Source: Actinomycetes bacterium
GTDB lineage: Bacteria; Actinomycetota; Actinomycetes; Propionibacteriales; Propionibacteriaceae
Assembly (NCBI GenBank): GCA_021803025.1
Contig: JAJZQV010000003.1
Location: forward strand, 20,634-84,633
Direction of reading: 5' to 3'
Length of the DNA: 64,000 nucleotides
Part shown: piece after piece, positions 1-9,376 of the stretch
Position numbering within the stretch: position 1 is the stretch's first letter
Layout: every line of letters begins with the position of its first letter
Made by a program: the position numbers and the translations under genes
The notes under the pieces: generated by a model
The model's input: only the letters and a program-made list of their open reading frames with translations
Database searches by the model: none
What the model was told of the DNA's origin: nothing

Positions 1-15
1 CTTGCCCCTCGGCGC

Positions 16-88
<73 letters not shown>

Positions 89-94
89 CGAGTG

Positions 95-131
95 GAGGGC
101 CCGGTCAGACTCACGGTCTGGCCGGGCCCTC
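95..131 (+). terminator. Strong GC hairpin immediately after tRNA-Lys
   Basis: GAGGGCCCGGTCAGAC / GTCTGGCCGGGCCCTC gives a 16-bp stem (one G-T wobble) with a 5-nt loop. No clear T-tract. Confidence 0.5.
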
Positions 132-272
132 TCGTCGTTCCAGCATTCCGGCCACGGTCTTCCAATCAATTCACTCGTGATGAAAGCTCTTTCATCCCGG
201 TCATGAGCGGCCCAGGGACCTCGCTACCCTCAGCGCCGAAGGGGTGTCCGGTCAAGGCATCTGCCCCTGATC

Positions 273-2558
273 GTGAGAGGACACCCCTCGATGCCGAGCG
301 CAGGAGCAGCGCACGTTCCAGCACGGTTCCCGTCGGCCGCACGCAAGGTGGTGGGTTCACTTCTCGGGTCTCTCCTGGTGCCCGGGATCCTGGTCGTCGC
401 CGCCGCGCCCGCCCACGCTGCGCCTCCGACGACACCCGGCGCCATGGCGTCACTCCCGCCGTCGCGCATCCTCGACACCCGACTCTCGGGCGGGACCTTC
501 CGCGCCAGTGAGTCGAGGTCGCTCCAGGTCACGAGCAAGGGCGGCGTGCCCTCGTCGGGAGTGTCGGCAGTCGTGCTCAACGTCACCGTGACGGATACGA
601 CGGCCGGGGGCTACCTCACCGCGTCACCGACCGGGACTCCCAGGCCCACCGCCTCGAACCTGAACTGGGACGCGGCAGGCACCACCACCCCGAACGCGGT
701 GACGGTGAAGGTTGGAACCGGCGGCAAGGTGGACCTGTACCAGTCCGGACCTGGAACTGCGCAGGTCATCGTCGACGTCGCGGGCTACTTCGTGGACGGC
801 GATGTGACCGACGCGGGCGGGTTCATCGCCCTCACGCCTGCGCGGATCATGGACACCCGTGAAGCCGGAGGAGCCTTCGCCCCTCTTGAGTCGCGCGACG
901 TACAGGTCACCGGGAAGGTAGGGGTCCCAGCGGGCAATGTCTCCGCCGTCGTTGTCAACGTCACCGTGACCGACTCCACGGCGGGGGGCTACCTGACGGC
1001 CTATCCCTCCGGAACCAGCAGACCGACCGCGTCGAACCTCAACTGGACCGCCGGGGTCACCATCCCGAACCTGGTCACCGTAAAGGTCGGCGACAAGGGG
1101 AAGGTGTCGCTATACAGCTTCAGCACGGGCACGGTCCACGTCGTTGCCGACGTCGCCGGCTACTATCTCGGCGGCACTCCGACCAAGCCGGGCATGTTCG
1201 TGGCACTGGCTCCCTCGCGGGTCCTCGACACGCGGTCGTCCAGGCCCGTTGCAGCCTGGTCGTCCAGACCACTGGTCATGACGGGCCGAGGCGGCATCCC
1301 GGCCTCCGGCGTATCGGCGGTCGTGCTGAACACGACCGTGACGGACACGACGTCGCTGGGGTACCTCACGGCCTACCCCAACGCAGCCACGCCGCCGACC
1401 GCATCCAACCTCAACTGGTCGCGACCTGCCACGACGGTCCCGAACCTCGTCACGGTGGAGCTCGGGTCCGACGGGGCCATCGCCTTCTACAACGGCTCGT
1501 TCGGCACCACCCAGGTGGTGGCGGACACGGCCGGCTACTACCTGTCGGGACCCCAGGTCGACAACACGCGGCCCATCTACGACACGCTCGGCCAGCGGCT
1601 GGACGCCCACGACGGAGACCTGCTCCAGACCGCCGACGGAAAGATGTACCTGTACGGCACCGCGTACGGCTGCGGCTTCCGTCTGGGCGACTCCACCACC
1701 TCGTGGTGCGGCGTCCGCATCTACAGGACGACGGACCTGCACACCTTCACCCCGACCGGTGCCGTGGGCGGGAAGTATGCCTTCGACCATTCGACCTCGT
1801 ACTGGCAGGACCTGTGCTCACCGTCCGACGGGCACTTCGGGTGCTACCGCCCCCACGTGGTGCAGCGCCCCAGCGACGGCAAGTACGTCATGTGGATCAA
1901 CAGCGGCGGGACACAGGGCTACGTCACCCTGCTCGCCGACTCCCCCGATGGCCTGTTCGTCCCGACCGGTGTCGACCCGGTGCTCTCGGTCGACCCCAAG
2001 CTCGGCCTGCGCTGGGGTGACATGGACCTGACGATCGCGCCGGATGGACGCGGCTACATCACGTACACGGCGATCGACCCCGTCGACAACGCGCACACTC
2101 TCGTCATCGAGCAGCTCGACGCCACGCTGACCACCGGCACCGGTCGCCACGTCGTCACCGACTCGTCACCGTACGTGCCCGACCTGGCCGAGTCGCCGGC
2201 GCTCTTCTACGGCCCGAACAAGGCGTGGTACCTGATCTACTCCGACCCGGCCAGGCCGTTCCTTGCGACCGGTACGGGCGTGATGAACGGCCCGCGCAAC
2301 ACGGCCGACCCGATCGGGTCCTACGTCCAGCCGCGCCTGCTCGTTCCCGACTCGTGCGGAGGGCAGCCGAGCGGGGTGTGGCCCATCCGCGACGGCTCCG
2401 GACGGACGGCGTTCGTGTACGGGTCGGACCGCTGGGACACCGCCACCCTGAACCAGGCGAAAGCGACGAACTACTTCGGCTCGCTGACGTTCACCTCGTC
2501 GATCGCGGACGGCAAGGCGATCGACGCGTACGTCTGTCAGTCGTTCTGGTACCTGTGA
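273..2558 (+). CDS. Secreted protein: three tandem ~110-aa repeats plus C-terminal GH43-like domain
   Basis: 761-aa ORF with a signal-like N-terminus (VVGSLLGSLLVPGILVVAAAPAHA). The repeat LDTR..VSAVVLNVTVTD..GYLTAYP..PTASNLNW..PNLVTVKVG..DVAGYY occurs 3 times (aa ~60-423). The C-terminal ~330 aa carry DAHDGDLL and AESPALFY motifs reminiscent of GH43-type propeller hydrolases. Family call is from memory. Alternative start ATG 291. Confidence 0.75.
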   Translation: MRGHPSMPSAGAAHVPARFPSAARKVVGSLLGSLLVPGILVVAAAPAHAAPPTTPGAMASLPPSRILDTRLSGGTFRASESRSLQVTSKGGVPSSGVSAVVLNVTVTDTTAGGYLTASPTGTPRPTASNLNWDAAGTTTPNAVTVKVGTGGKVDLYQSGPGTAQVIVDVAGYFVDGDVTDAGGFIALTPARIMDTREAGGAFAPLESRDVQVTGKVGVPAGNVSAVVVNVTVTDSTAGGYLTAYPSGTSRPTASNLNWTAGVTIPNLVTVKVGDKGKVSLYSFSTGTVHVVADVAGYYLGGTPTKPGMFVALAPSRVLDTRSSRPVAAWSSRPLVMTGRGGIPASGVSAVVLNTTVTDTTSLGYLTAYPNAATPPTASNLNWSRPATTVPNLVTVELGSDGAIAFYNGSFGTTQVVADTAGYYLSGPQVDNTRPIYDTLGQRLDAHDGDLLQTADGKMYLYGTAYGCGFRLGDSTTSWCGVRIYRTTDLHTFTPTGAVGGKYAFDHSTSYWQDLCSPSDGHFGCYRPHVVQRPSDGKYVMWINSGGTQGYVTLLADSPDGLFVPTGVDPVLSVDPKLGLRWGDMDLTIAPDGRGYITYTAIDPVDNAHTLVIEQLDATLTTGTGRHVVTDSSPYVPDLAESPALFYGPNKAWYLIYSDPARPFLATGTGVMNGPRNTADPIGSYVQPRLLVPDSCGGQPSGVWPIRDGSGRTAFVYGSDRWDTATLNQAKATNYFGSLTFTSSIADGKAIDAYVCQSFWYL

Positions 2559-2569
2559 GGATGGCGCGA

Positions 2570-2597
2570 GGGCCCGGCTGATCGCTCAACCGGGCCC
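2570..2597. terminator. Hairpin between convergent genes
   Basis: GGGCCCGG-N12-CCGGGCCC lies between the stop of the 273..2558 CDS and the stop of the permease at 2620. Confidence 0.45.
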
Positions 2598-2619
2598 CCG
2601 CTAGGACACGCGTCGCATA

Positions 2620-3540
2620 CTACTTCACGCCACCAGCCGTGAGACCGGCGACGATCCTGCGCTGGAAGAAGAGCACGAGGATGAGCAGCGGGATCGTCGT
2701 GATGACGCCTGCAGCCATGATCGAGCCGTACGGGATGTTGTAGCCGAGGTTGCCCGTGAACTGGCTCAGGGCGACCGTGGCCGTCTTCATGTCCTTCGAC
2801 TGCAGGAACGTCAGCGCGATCATGAACTCGTTCCACACCGCGATGAAGGTGAGGATCGCCGTCGTGAAGACGCCGGGCGCCGCGAGCGGGAGGATGATCT
2901 TCCGGAACGCCTGGCCCGGGGTGCAGCCGTCGACCATCGCCGCCTGCTCGAGCTCGACCGGCAGCTGCCGGAAGAACGCCGTCAGGTTCCACACGCACAG
3001 CGGAAGACCGAACGACAGTGACGGGATGATCGCAGCCTGGTACTGGTTGAGCCAGTTCGGGAACCAGCTGTACGTACCCGTGAACAGCTTGAACAGCGGG
3101 ACCAGCAGCGTCACGCCGGGGAACATCGAGCAGCCGATGATGATGCTGAGAACGAGGCCCTTCGCAGCGAACCGCAGACGGGCCAGCGCGTACGCACCGA
3201 TGATCCCGAACACCAGGGTCAGCACGGTCGTCGTGACGGACACGACGAGAGAGTTGACGATGGCCCGCAGGAAGTTGTTCTGCGGGCTGAAGACGCCGAC
3301 GAAGTTCTCGAAGGACGCCGGGCTGGGCCAGTAGTCCGTGCTCTGCCCCATCGTCGGGAGCCGGAACGCCGAGATGACCATCCAGTAGAACGGCATGAGG
3401 CAGTAGACGACGATGAGCGCCATGCCCGCCGCCGATGCGATCCGGCCGAGCCACCAGCTGATGTCACGGTGAGGCTTGTTGAGGGCACCCAGCTCCTCCG
3501 GAGTGAGGTGCGCGATGACAGGAGTAGCAACCTGGGTCAT
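2620..3540 (-). CDS. Carbohydrate ABC transporter permease (CUT1, MalG-like)
   Basis: 306-aa polytopic ORF with an EAA-type loop (LEQAAMVDGCTPGQAFRKIILPLAAPG). ATGA overlap with the upstream permease. Confidence 0.9.
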   Translation of the reverse strand: MTQVATPVIAHLTPEELGALNKPHRDISWWLGRIASAAGMALIVVYCLMPFYWMVISAFRLPTMGQSTDYWPSPASFENFVGVFSPQNNFLRAIVNSLVVSVTTTVLTLVFGIIGAYALARLRFAAKGLVLSIIIGCSMFPGVTLLVPLFKLFTGTYSWFPNWLNQYQAAIIPSLSFGLPLCVWNLTAFFRQLPVELEQAAMVDGCTPGQAFRKIILPLAAPGVFTTAILTFIAVWNEFMIALTFLQSKDMKTATVALSQFTGNLGYNIPYGSIMAAGVITTIPLLILVLFFQRRIVAGLTAGGVK

Positions 3541-4628
3541 GATGCCGCGCTCCCACTCGTGACGTTGGTACGGACCCGACCAGCGGCCTTGGCCTGCTGC
3601 TGGTGAAGCGCCTTCATGCGCTTGCGCTGCGCGTTGACCGCCTTGAGCTCCTCGTCACCGACGACATCGGCGCCGAGCAGCTTCACGAACAGGAACGCCA
3701 CGAGGACGATATAGAAGAACAGGATGATGGAGTACGCCGCGGCCGGACCGTACCGGGTCTGCATCGTCTCCTGGTAGGCGAACATCGACAGGGTCTCGAC
3801 GGAGTACTTGTTCGCACCGATCATGCCGTAGGGCAGGTCGAACATGCGGAGCGTGTCGAGCGTGCGGAACAGGACCGCCACGACGAGAGCCGGCTTGACC
3901 ATGGGGAGCGTGATGCGGACGAATGTCTGCCATGCGTTCGCCCCGTCGACCCTCGCCGCCTCGTACACCTCGGCGGGAATCGTCTGGAGGCCTGCCAGAG
4001 TCAGCAGCCCGATGAAGGGGGCCGTCTTCCAGACGTCGGCGACGATGATCGAAATCTGCGAGTACTTGTTGTCGGCGAGCCACAGGATCGGGTTGTTGGT
4101 CAGGCCGAGGACCTTGTTGGCGACGCCGGAGGTGTTGAAGATGAGCTTCCACATCATCGCGGACACGATGGTCGGGATGGCCCAGGGCACCAGGATGGAG
4201 GCCCGGACCAGGCCGCGGCCACGGAATGCCTTGGCCATGATGAGCGCCATGGACACGCCGAGAACCGTCTCGAGGATGACGCAGACGACCGTGAACAGGG
4301 TGGTGTTGATGAACGAGTTGACGAGCCGGTCCATCGAGCCGTAGACGCCGACGACTGTGGCCGGGTGCGCGAAGATGTCGGTGAAGTTCTGGAACCCGAC
4401 GAAGTTCGTCCCGGTCTGGACGAGACCGGTCTGCGGGTCGATCCGGTCGTTCGTGCGGAAGAAGGACTCGGTGACCGACATGATGATCGGGATGCCCGCC
4501 ACGAGTAGCAGCACCAACATCGTCGGTGCCAGGAGCATCGCGGCCAGAGCGCCCTGGCCATCGGAGAACGCGTTCTTCTTGCGCTTAGTAGCTACCGGAG
4601 CTGTTCGCTCCGCTGTGGTGACTGCCAT
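3537..4628 (-). CDS. Carbohydrate ABC transporter permease (CUT1, MalF-like)
   Basis: 363-aa polytopic ORF with EAARVDGANAWQTFVRITLPMVKP motif. Operon with 2620..3540 and 4716..6020. Confidence 0.9.
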   Translation of the reverse strand: MAVTTAERTAPVATKRKKNAFSDGQGALAAMLLAPTMLVLLLVAGIPIIMSVTESFFRTNDRIDPQTGLVQTGTNFVGFQNFTDIFAHPATVVGVYGSMDRLVNSFINTTLFTVVCVILETVLGVSMALIMAKAFRGRGLVRASILVPWAIPTIVSAMMWKLIFNTSGVANKVLGLTNNPILWLADNKYSQISIIVADVWKTAPFIGLLTLAGLQTIPAEVYEAARVDGANAWQTFVRITLPMVKPALVVAVLFRTLDTLRMFDLPYGMIGANKYSVETLSMFAYQETMQTRYGPAAAYSIILFFYIVLVAFLFVKLLGADVVGDEELKAVNAQRKRMKALHQQQAKAAGRVRTNVTSGSAAS

Positions 4629-4654
4629 GGCACCTCCAAAGCGAGAATGGGCCG

Positions 4655-4694
4655 CTGGCGTGGCACCCGGGAAGACACCCGGATGCCACGCCAG
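4655..4694 (-). promoter_or_regulatory. Intercistronic hairpin between binding-protein and permease genes
   Basis: CTGGCGTGGCA ... TGCCACGCCAG gives an 11-bp stem with an inner CCGG pairing, located in the 87-nt gap inside the operon. Confidence 0.4.
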
Positions 4695-4715
4695 CGAGAC
4701 TACCTAGTGATGCCC

Positions 4716-6020
4716 TTACTTGACGAGAGCCTGGAGCTTCGTCTGGAGGTCGTCCATGGCTGCCTTCGGCGCCGCCGTCCCGTTCAGTGCGTTGTACGCA
4801 GCATCCTGGATCGCCAGCGTGACGTCGCCGTACTTGACGGCCTTCGGGCGGGCCTGTGCGTTGTCGATCGACGCCTTGAGAACCGGCAGGTACGCGAACT
4901 TGCTGGTCAGCTCGGGGTCGGTGTACAGCGCGGTCCAGGTCGGGGCTGACGAGTTGGCCAGCGTGTTCGACTTCTGGTTCTCGGGGCTGTTGTACCACTT
5001 GAGGAACGCCAGCGCGGTGCCCTTGTTCTGCGAGTACTTCGAGATGCCCATGTTGTGACCACCGAGGGTGGAGACGCCGGGACCGTTGAGGCCGGGGATC
5101 GGGGCGACGCCGAACTTGCCGGCGACCTTCGAGGATCCGTCAGTCTTCTGGGCCAGCGTGTACACGTACGGCCAGTTGCGGAGGAAGACGAGGTTGCCGT
5201 CCTGGAACGCCTTGCGCGACTCCTCTTCCTTCCATGTCAGCGCGGCCTTGGGGATGGTGCCGTCCTTGAACGCGTCCACGGCCCACTGGACACCGGCCAC
5301 AGCCTGGGGGGTGTTGACCGTCGGCTTGCCGTCGCTCGACAGGAACTGGCCGCCCGCGGAGTTGACCATCTCGGCGAAGTTGCAGGTGAGGCCCTCGTAC
5401 TTCTGGAACTGGCCGCCGTAGCAGTCGATGCTCGGGTTGGTCGTCTTGATCTTGGCGCAGGCCGCCTTCATGTCGGACCAGGTCTTGGGCACCTGGAGGC
5501 CCGCCGCGTCGAGAAGGTCCTTGCGGTAGTACAGCAGCGCGCCGTCAGAGGTCGACGGGAATGCGTACAGCTTGTTGAAGTACGTGCCGGAGTCGACGGC
5601 GGCCTTGAGGTAGCCGGAGGTGTCGAGGGAGCTCGGCAGCTGGGCAAGGTAGCCGTTGGCGGCGAACTCGGCGGTCCAGACGACGTCGACCGACAGGACG
5701 TCGTAGTTGGACGCACCCTTCGACTCGGCGTTCTTGATCATCGCAGCGCGCTGCTCGTCGGCGGACTCGGACAGCTCCACCAGGGTGACCTTCTGGTCGG
5801 GGTGGAGGGCGTTCCACTTGTCGAGGATCCCCTGGACGTAGCCGGAGGTGTCCTTGCCCTGTACGTAGTTGATGGGACCCGTCTTGCTCCACTCGTCCGT
5901 CGAGGCGGAGGCGGAGGCCCCCGCTGCACCTGAGGAGCTGCCGCAGGCGGCGGTCGCGAGGAGCGCCGTAGCAGACAGGACCGAGAGTGTGAGCCGGGCC
6001 AGCTGGTTCTTGCTTGCCAT
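4716..6020 (-). CDS. Sugar ABC transporter substrate-binding lipoprotein
   Basis: 434-aa ORF with lipobox LLATAACGSSS and typical family-1 extracellular solute-binding composition. First gene of the SBP-permease-permease operon. Confidence 0.9.
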   Translation of the reverse strand: MASKNQLARLTLSVLSATALLATAACGSSSGAAGASASASTDEWSKTGPINYVQGKDTSGYVQGILDKWNALHPDQKVTLVELSESADEQRAAMIKNAESKGASNYDVLSVDVVWTAEFAANGYLAQLPSSLDTSGYLKAAVDSGTYFNKLYAFPSTSDGALLYYRKDLLDAAGLQVPKTWSDMKAACAKIKTTNPSIDCYGGQFQKYEGLTCNFAEMVNSAGGQFLSSDGKPTVNTPQAVAGVQWAVDAFKDGTIPKAALTWKEEESRKAFQDGNLVFLRNWPYVYTLAQKTDGSSKVAGKFGVAPIPGLNGPGVSTLGGHNMGISKYSQNKGTALAFLKWYNSPENQKSNTLANSSAPTWTALYTDPELTSKFAYLPVLKASIDNAQARPKAVKYGDVTLAIQDAAYNALNGTAAPKAAMDDLQTKLQALVK

Positions 6021-6320
6021 GTAGTAGACCTCACTTCGTTGTAGGGGCTCGGGCGAGCCTTGCCACAGTAAGACTCACCCATCCTTTGAAACGGTCCACC
6101 TTGGTGATCGCCGCCAATTCGTTACCAGGGCTGGATCCTGGTTCTTTTTGAACGAGCCAATGTGGTGCATCACGGACATTAGTGGATCCGTGAGGGGCGC
6201 GGCTACAGAGCGTGGACAAAACGCGGGCCCTCGTCTGGCAAGGCGCGAAAAAGGCTGTTTGACAAGGGAAGATGGAAGGTCACAAAGTGGTCACGACGCG
6301 CCTGGCACAGTCAGCGCGCG

Positions 6321-6340
6321 GCCCCGAAACGGTTCGGGGC
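6321..6340 (-). terminator. Hairpin 5 nt downstream of the DUF3618 gene
   Basis: GCCCCGAA-ACGG-TTCGGGGC, an 8-bp stem. Confidence 0.4.
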
Positions 6341-6345
6341 GGAGG

Positions 6346-6654
6346 TCAGGCCCTCGACGAGCGCCTTCCTAGCGCCCTGACCGCCAGGACGAACGTCACG
6401 ACGCCGACAGCTGCGCCCGCGATGAGCGCCAGCCGGTCCAGCCTCCAGCCGTACTGGTCCTTGACCTGGGCCTTCGCGGAGGTGAGCTGCTCGTCGGCGA
6501 ACGCCTTCGCGTCCTCGACGGTGCGGTGGACGACGGCCTTCGGGTGGAACTCGCCGATGAGGTTCGCGAGGCTCTCCTCGATCTGCCGCTGGGCGCGGTC
6601 GATGTCCGCCTGGATCTCGGTGAGCGTGCGCTCGGTCGCCTGCTTCTCAGCCAC
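6346..6654 (-). CDS. DUF3618-like small membrane-anchored protein
   Basis: 102-aa ORF with an N-terminal coiled-coil-like segment (TLTEIQADIDRAQRQIEESLANL) and a C-terminal TM helix (LALIAGAAVGVVTFVLAV). Family name recalled from memory. Confidence 0.7.
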   Translation of the reverse strand: MAEKQATERTLTEIQADIDRAQRQIEESLANLIGEFHPKAVVHRTVEDAKAFADEQLTSAKAQVKDQYGWRLDRLALIAGAAVGVVTFVLAVRALGRRSSRA

Positions 6655-6805
6655 GAGGTCCTCCCCCTGCTCCGCCGTACGTTCGCCCGGCTTGTGCCGG
6701 CGCGCCCGGCGCCACTCACTCTAGCCACCCCAGTACGGCCGTTCGAGGTGTCCGGAGGCGGATCGCTGCCGTGACGGTGTCGGCGTGGCCCACTATCGTC
6801 GGCGT

Positions 6806-7282
6806 ATGACGACCCTGGCGATAGGCGACCCGGCCCCTCCCTTCACTCTCCCCGATGCCGACGGGAACCTCGTGTCCCTGTCGGACTTCGCCCCGGGCAA
6901 GGTCGTGGTCTACTTCTTCCCTGCTGCGCTCACACCGGGCTGTACGACGCAGGCGGTCGACTTCACCGCCAACCTCGGCGACTTCGAGCGCGCCGGGATG
7001 ATGGTCGTCGGCATCTCTCCCGACCCCGTCCCGAAGCTCGCCGAGTTCAAGATGACCGAGCACGTGACGTTCCCGATGCTCAGCGACGCCGACAAGACGG
7101 TGCTCAAGGCCTACGGGGCGTACGGGGAGAAGGTCCTGTACGGCAAGACCGTCCTCGGCGTCCTGCGCTCGACGTTCGTCGTCGACGTCGACGCCGAGGG
7201 GGACGGGACGGTGGAGGTCGCGCAGTACGACGTGCGTGCCGCCGGCCACGTCACCAAGCTCCGCAAGGAGCTGGGGGTCTGA
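6806..7282 (+). CDS. bcp: Thiol peroxidase Bcp (peroxiredoxin Q type)
   Basis: GDPAPPFTLPDADGNLVSLSDF..VVVYFFPAALTPGCTTQAVDF contains the peroxidatic Cys motif. The ORF track starts at 6785; ATG 6806 is preferred. Confidence 0.9.
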   Translation: MTTLAIGDPAPPFTLPDADGNLVSLSDFAPGKVVVYFFPAALTPGCTTQAVDFTANLGDFERAGMMVVGISPDPVPKLAEFKMTEHVTFPMLSDADKTVLKAYGAYGEKVLYGKTVLGVLRSTFVVDVDAEGDGTVEVAQYDVRAAGHVTKLRKELGV

Positions 7283-7330
7283 CCTTTCGCCACGGGGGAC
7301 AGAGCCGTACAGGCTTCTTCGCCGTCCGGG

Positions 7331-8290
7331 GTGAGCGCGCGCAACATGTTCGACAGGGGGTTCCAGAGACATGGCGACGAGGCCGGACCCGTGATCTCCG
7401 CCGAGCTGCTGGCCGTCGTCGTCGCGATGGTCGACGACGAGCCGTGCGTGCTCACGCTCGGGGAACCGCAGCCGCGGCTCCCGGCGGGACCGCTCCTGCC
7501 CGGGCACCGGTCGCTCCAGGCCGCGACACGGCTCTGGGTGGAGGAGCAGACCGGGCGCCGGCTCGGCTATCTCGAGCAGCTGTACACCTTCGCCGACCTT
7601 GACCGGGACGGCGGCTCCACGCGGACGGTCTCGATCTCCTACCTCGGCCTCACGACTCCCAACGCCGAGACCGGCTTCGGGGACTGGAGACGCTGGTACT
7701 CGCTGCTTCCGTGGGAGGACGTCCGTTCCGAGCCGACACTCCTCACGGAGCGGATCGAGCCGCAGCTCCGGGAGTGGGCAGGGAGCGAGAAGTCGCTGGC
7801 CGGCGAACGGCTGCAGCGCTGCGCGGTGACGTTCGGCCTCGACGACCACCCTTGGCAGCCCGACCTGGTCCTCCAGCGGTACGAGCTGCTCTACGAGTCG
7901 GGACTCGTCCCGGAGTCGCCCCCCGCGTGGCGGCAGCCGGATGCCGACCTCGTCCCCGGTGACCCCATGGTGGGCGACCATCGGCGCGCACTGGCGACGG
8001 GCCTCGCCCGGCTGCGCGCCAAGATCGGCTACCGGCCCGTGGTCTTCGAGCTCATGGCTCCGGAGTTCACGCTCGGCCAGCTTCAGGACTGCGTCGAAGC
8101 GCTCGCCGGACGTGCCGTGCACACCCAGAACTTCCGGAGGCTCATCGAGCAGCAGGACCTCGTGGAGGACACGGGCAAGGTGGAGAGCAGGACCGGCGGG
8201 CGCCCGGCCCGCCTGTACCGGTTCCGCCGGGAGGTGCTGCAGGAACGTCAGGCGGCCGGCACGAAGCTGCCAACGGGCAGGAGCCGCTGA
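7331..8290 (+). CDS. nrtR: NrtR-like Nudix-related transcriptional regulator of NAD metabolism
   Basis: 319-aa ORF with an N-terminal Nudix-like fold without an obvious catalytic box and a C-terminal winged-helix-like tail (GRPARLYRFRRE). It sits directly upstream of nadABC, the classic NrtR context. Start uncertain. Confidence 0.6.
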   Translation: MSARNMFDRGFQRHGDEAGPVISAELLAVVVAMVDDEPCVLTLGEPQPRLPAGPLLPGHRSLQAATRLWVEEQTGRRLGYLEQLYTFADLDRDGGSTRTVSISYLGLTTPNAETGFGDWRRWYSLLPWEDVRSEPTLLTERIEPQLREWAGSEKSLAGERLQRCAVTFGLDDHPWQPDLVLQRYELLYESGLVPESPPAWRQPDADLVPGDPMVGDHRRALATGLARLRAKIGYRPVVFELMAPEFTLGQLQDCVEALAGRAVHTQNFRRLIEQQDLVEDTGKVESRTGGRPARLYRFRREVLQERQAAGTKLPTGRSR

Positions 8291-8323
8291 GGTCCGCCGT
8301 CCCAGATGGTGGGCGGCCAGATG

Positions 8324-8362
8324 GCTCTGCACTTATGCTCTGAGTTAGCATAAGTGCAGAGC
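8324..8362. promoter_or_regulatory. Perfect 16-bp-arm palindrome in front of nadA (candidate NrtR operator)
   Basis: GCTCTGCACTTATGCT-ctgagtt-AGCATAAGTGCAGAGC. Relatively AT-rich core, 28 nt upstream of the preferred nadA ATG (8390). Confidence 0.5.
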
Positions 8363-8389
8363 GAAGATACCTCCCGTCTGGAGAACCGC

Positions 8390-9376
8390 ATGTCCCCCAC
8401 ACTGACCGCCGCCGGCCTGTACCCGAAGGTCGCCCACGTCGTCCCCGCCATCGAGTGGGCCACGATGTCCGACGACGTCGACGCGATCCTGCGACTCAAG
8501 CAGGAACGCAACGCCGTGATCCTCGGCCACAACTACATGTCGCCCGAGATCTTCCACGGCGTCTCGGACATCGTCGGCGACTCCCTCGCGCTCGCGCGTG
8601 AGGCCACCGAGGTCGACGCCGACGTCATCGTGCTCGCAGGGGTCCACTTCATGGCCGAGACCGCGAAGCTGCTCAACCCCGCCAAGACCGTGCTGATCCC
8701 GGACCTGCGCTCCGGCTGCTCGCTCGCGGAGTCGATCACCCCCGAGGACGTACGGGCCCTGCGAAGGCTCCACCCCGGCGTCCCGGTCGTCACGTACGTC
8801 AACACGTCTGCCGCGGTGAAGGCCGAGTCGGACATCTGCTGCACCTCCGGCAACGCCGTGCAGGTCATCGAGAGCCTCGGCGTCCCGCGGGTGATCATGA
8901 TCCCCGACCAGTACCTGGCCGGCAACGTGGCGCGACTCACGGGGGTCGAGGTGATCACCCATCCCGGCGCCTGCGAGGTCCACGAGAGGTTCACCCCCAC
9001 CGACATCCGACAGGTCCGCGTCGACTACCCCGGCGTGACGGTGCTGGCCCACCCGGAGTGCCCCTCCGACGTGGTCGACGAGGCAGACTTCTCGGGCTCG
9101 ACGGCCCAGATGCAGGAGTTCGTCGAGTCGCGGCGACCCGCGCGCGTCGCTCTCATCACCGAGTGCTCGATGAGCGACAACCTCGCGGCCGCCAACCCGG
9201 ACCTCGAGTTCGTACGGGCCTGCAACCTGTGCCCGCACATGAAGCGCAACACTCTCGGCGCGATCCGCCGGGCGCTGGAGACCATGACACACGAGGTGAC
9301 CATCGAGGCGGCGGTCGCCGAGCGGGCTCGCCTCGCCGTCGACCGCATGCTGCAGGTCGGCAGGCCCGGCCGATGA
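8390..9376 (+). CDS. nadA: Quinolinate synthase
   Basis: Motifs ILGHNYM, VHFMAETAKLLNP, VTYVNTSAAVKAESDICCTSGNAV, AHPECP. GGAGA lies 7 nt before ATG 8390. The ORF-track start 8354 lies inside the palindrome. Confidence 0.9.
   Translation: MSPTLTAAGLYPKVAHVVPAIEWATMSDDVDAILRLKQERNAVILGHNYMSPEIFHGVSDIVGDSLALAREATEVDADVIVLAGVHFMAETAKLLNPAKTVLIPDLRSGCSLAESITPEDVRALRRLHPGVPVVTYVNTSAAVKAESDICCTSGNAVQVIESLGVPRVIMIPDQYLAGNVARLTGVEVITHPGACEVHERFTPTDIRQVRVDYPGVTVLAHPECPSDVVDEADFSGSTAQMQEFVESRRPARVALITECSMSDNLAAANPDLEFVRACNLCPHMKRNTLGAIRRALETMTHEVTIEAAVAERARLAVDRMLQVGRPGR

Noticed and set aside
6716-8332. 538-aa antisense ORF over bcp and the NrtR-like gene. Similar long ORFs occur at 9025-10536, 44421-45821, 46853-49327, 51442-53313 and 61229-62806.
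   Set aside because: All lie antisense to or out of frame with genes that have strong family motifs. Their translations are Arg/Pro/Gly/Asp-rich with no recognisable domains. They are a GC-content artefact.
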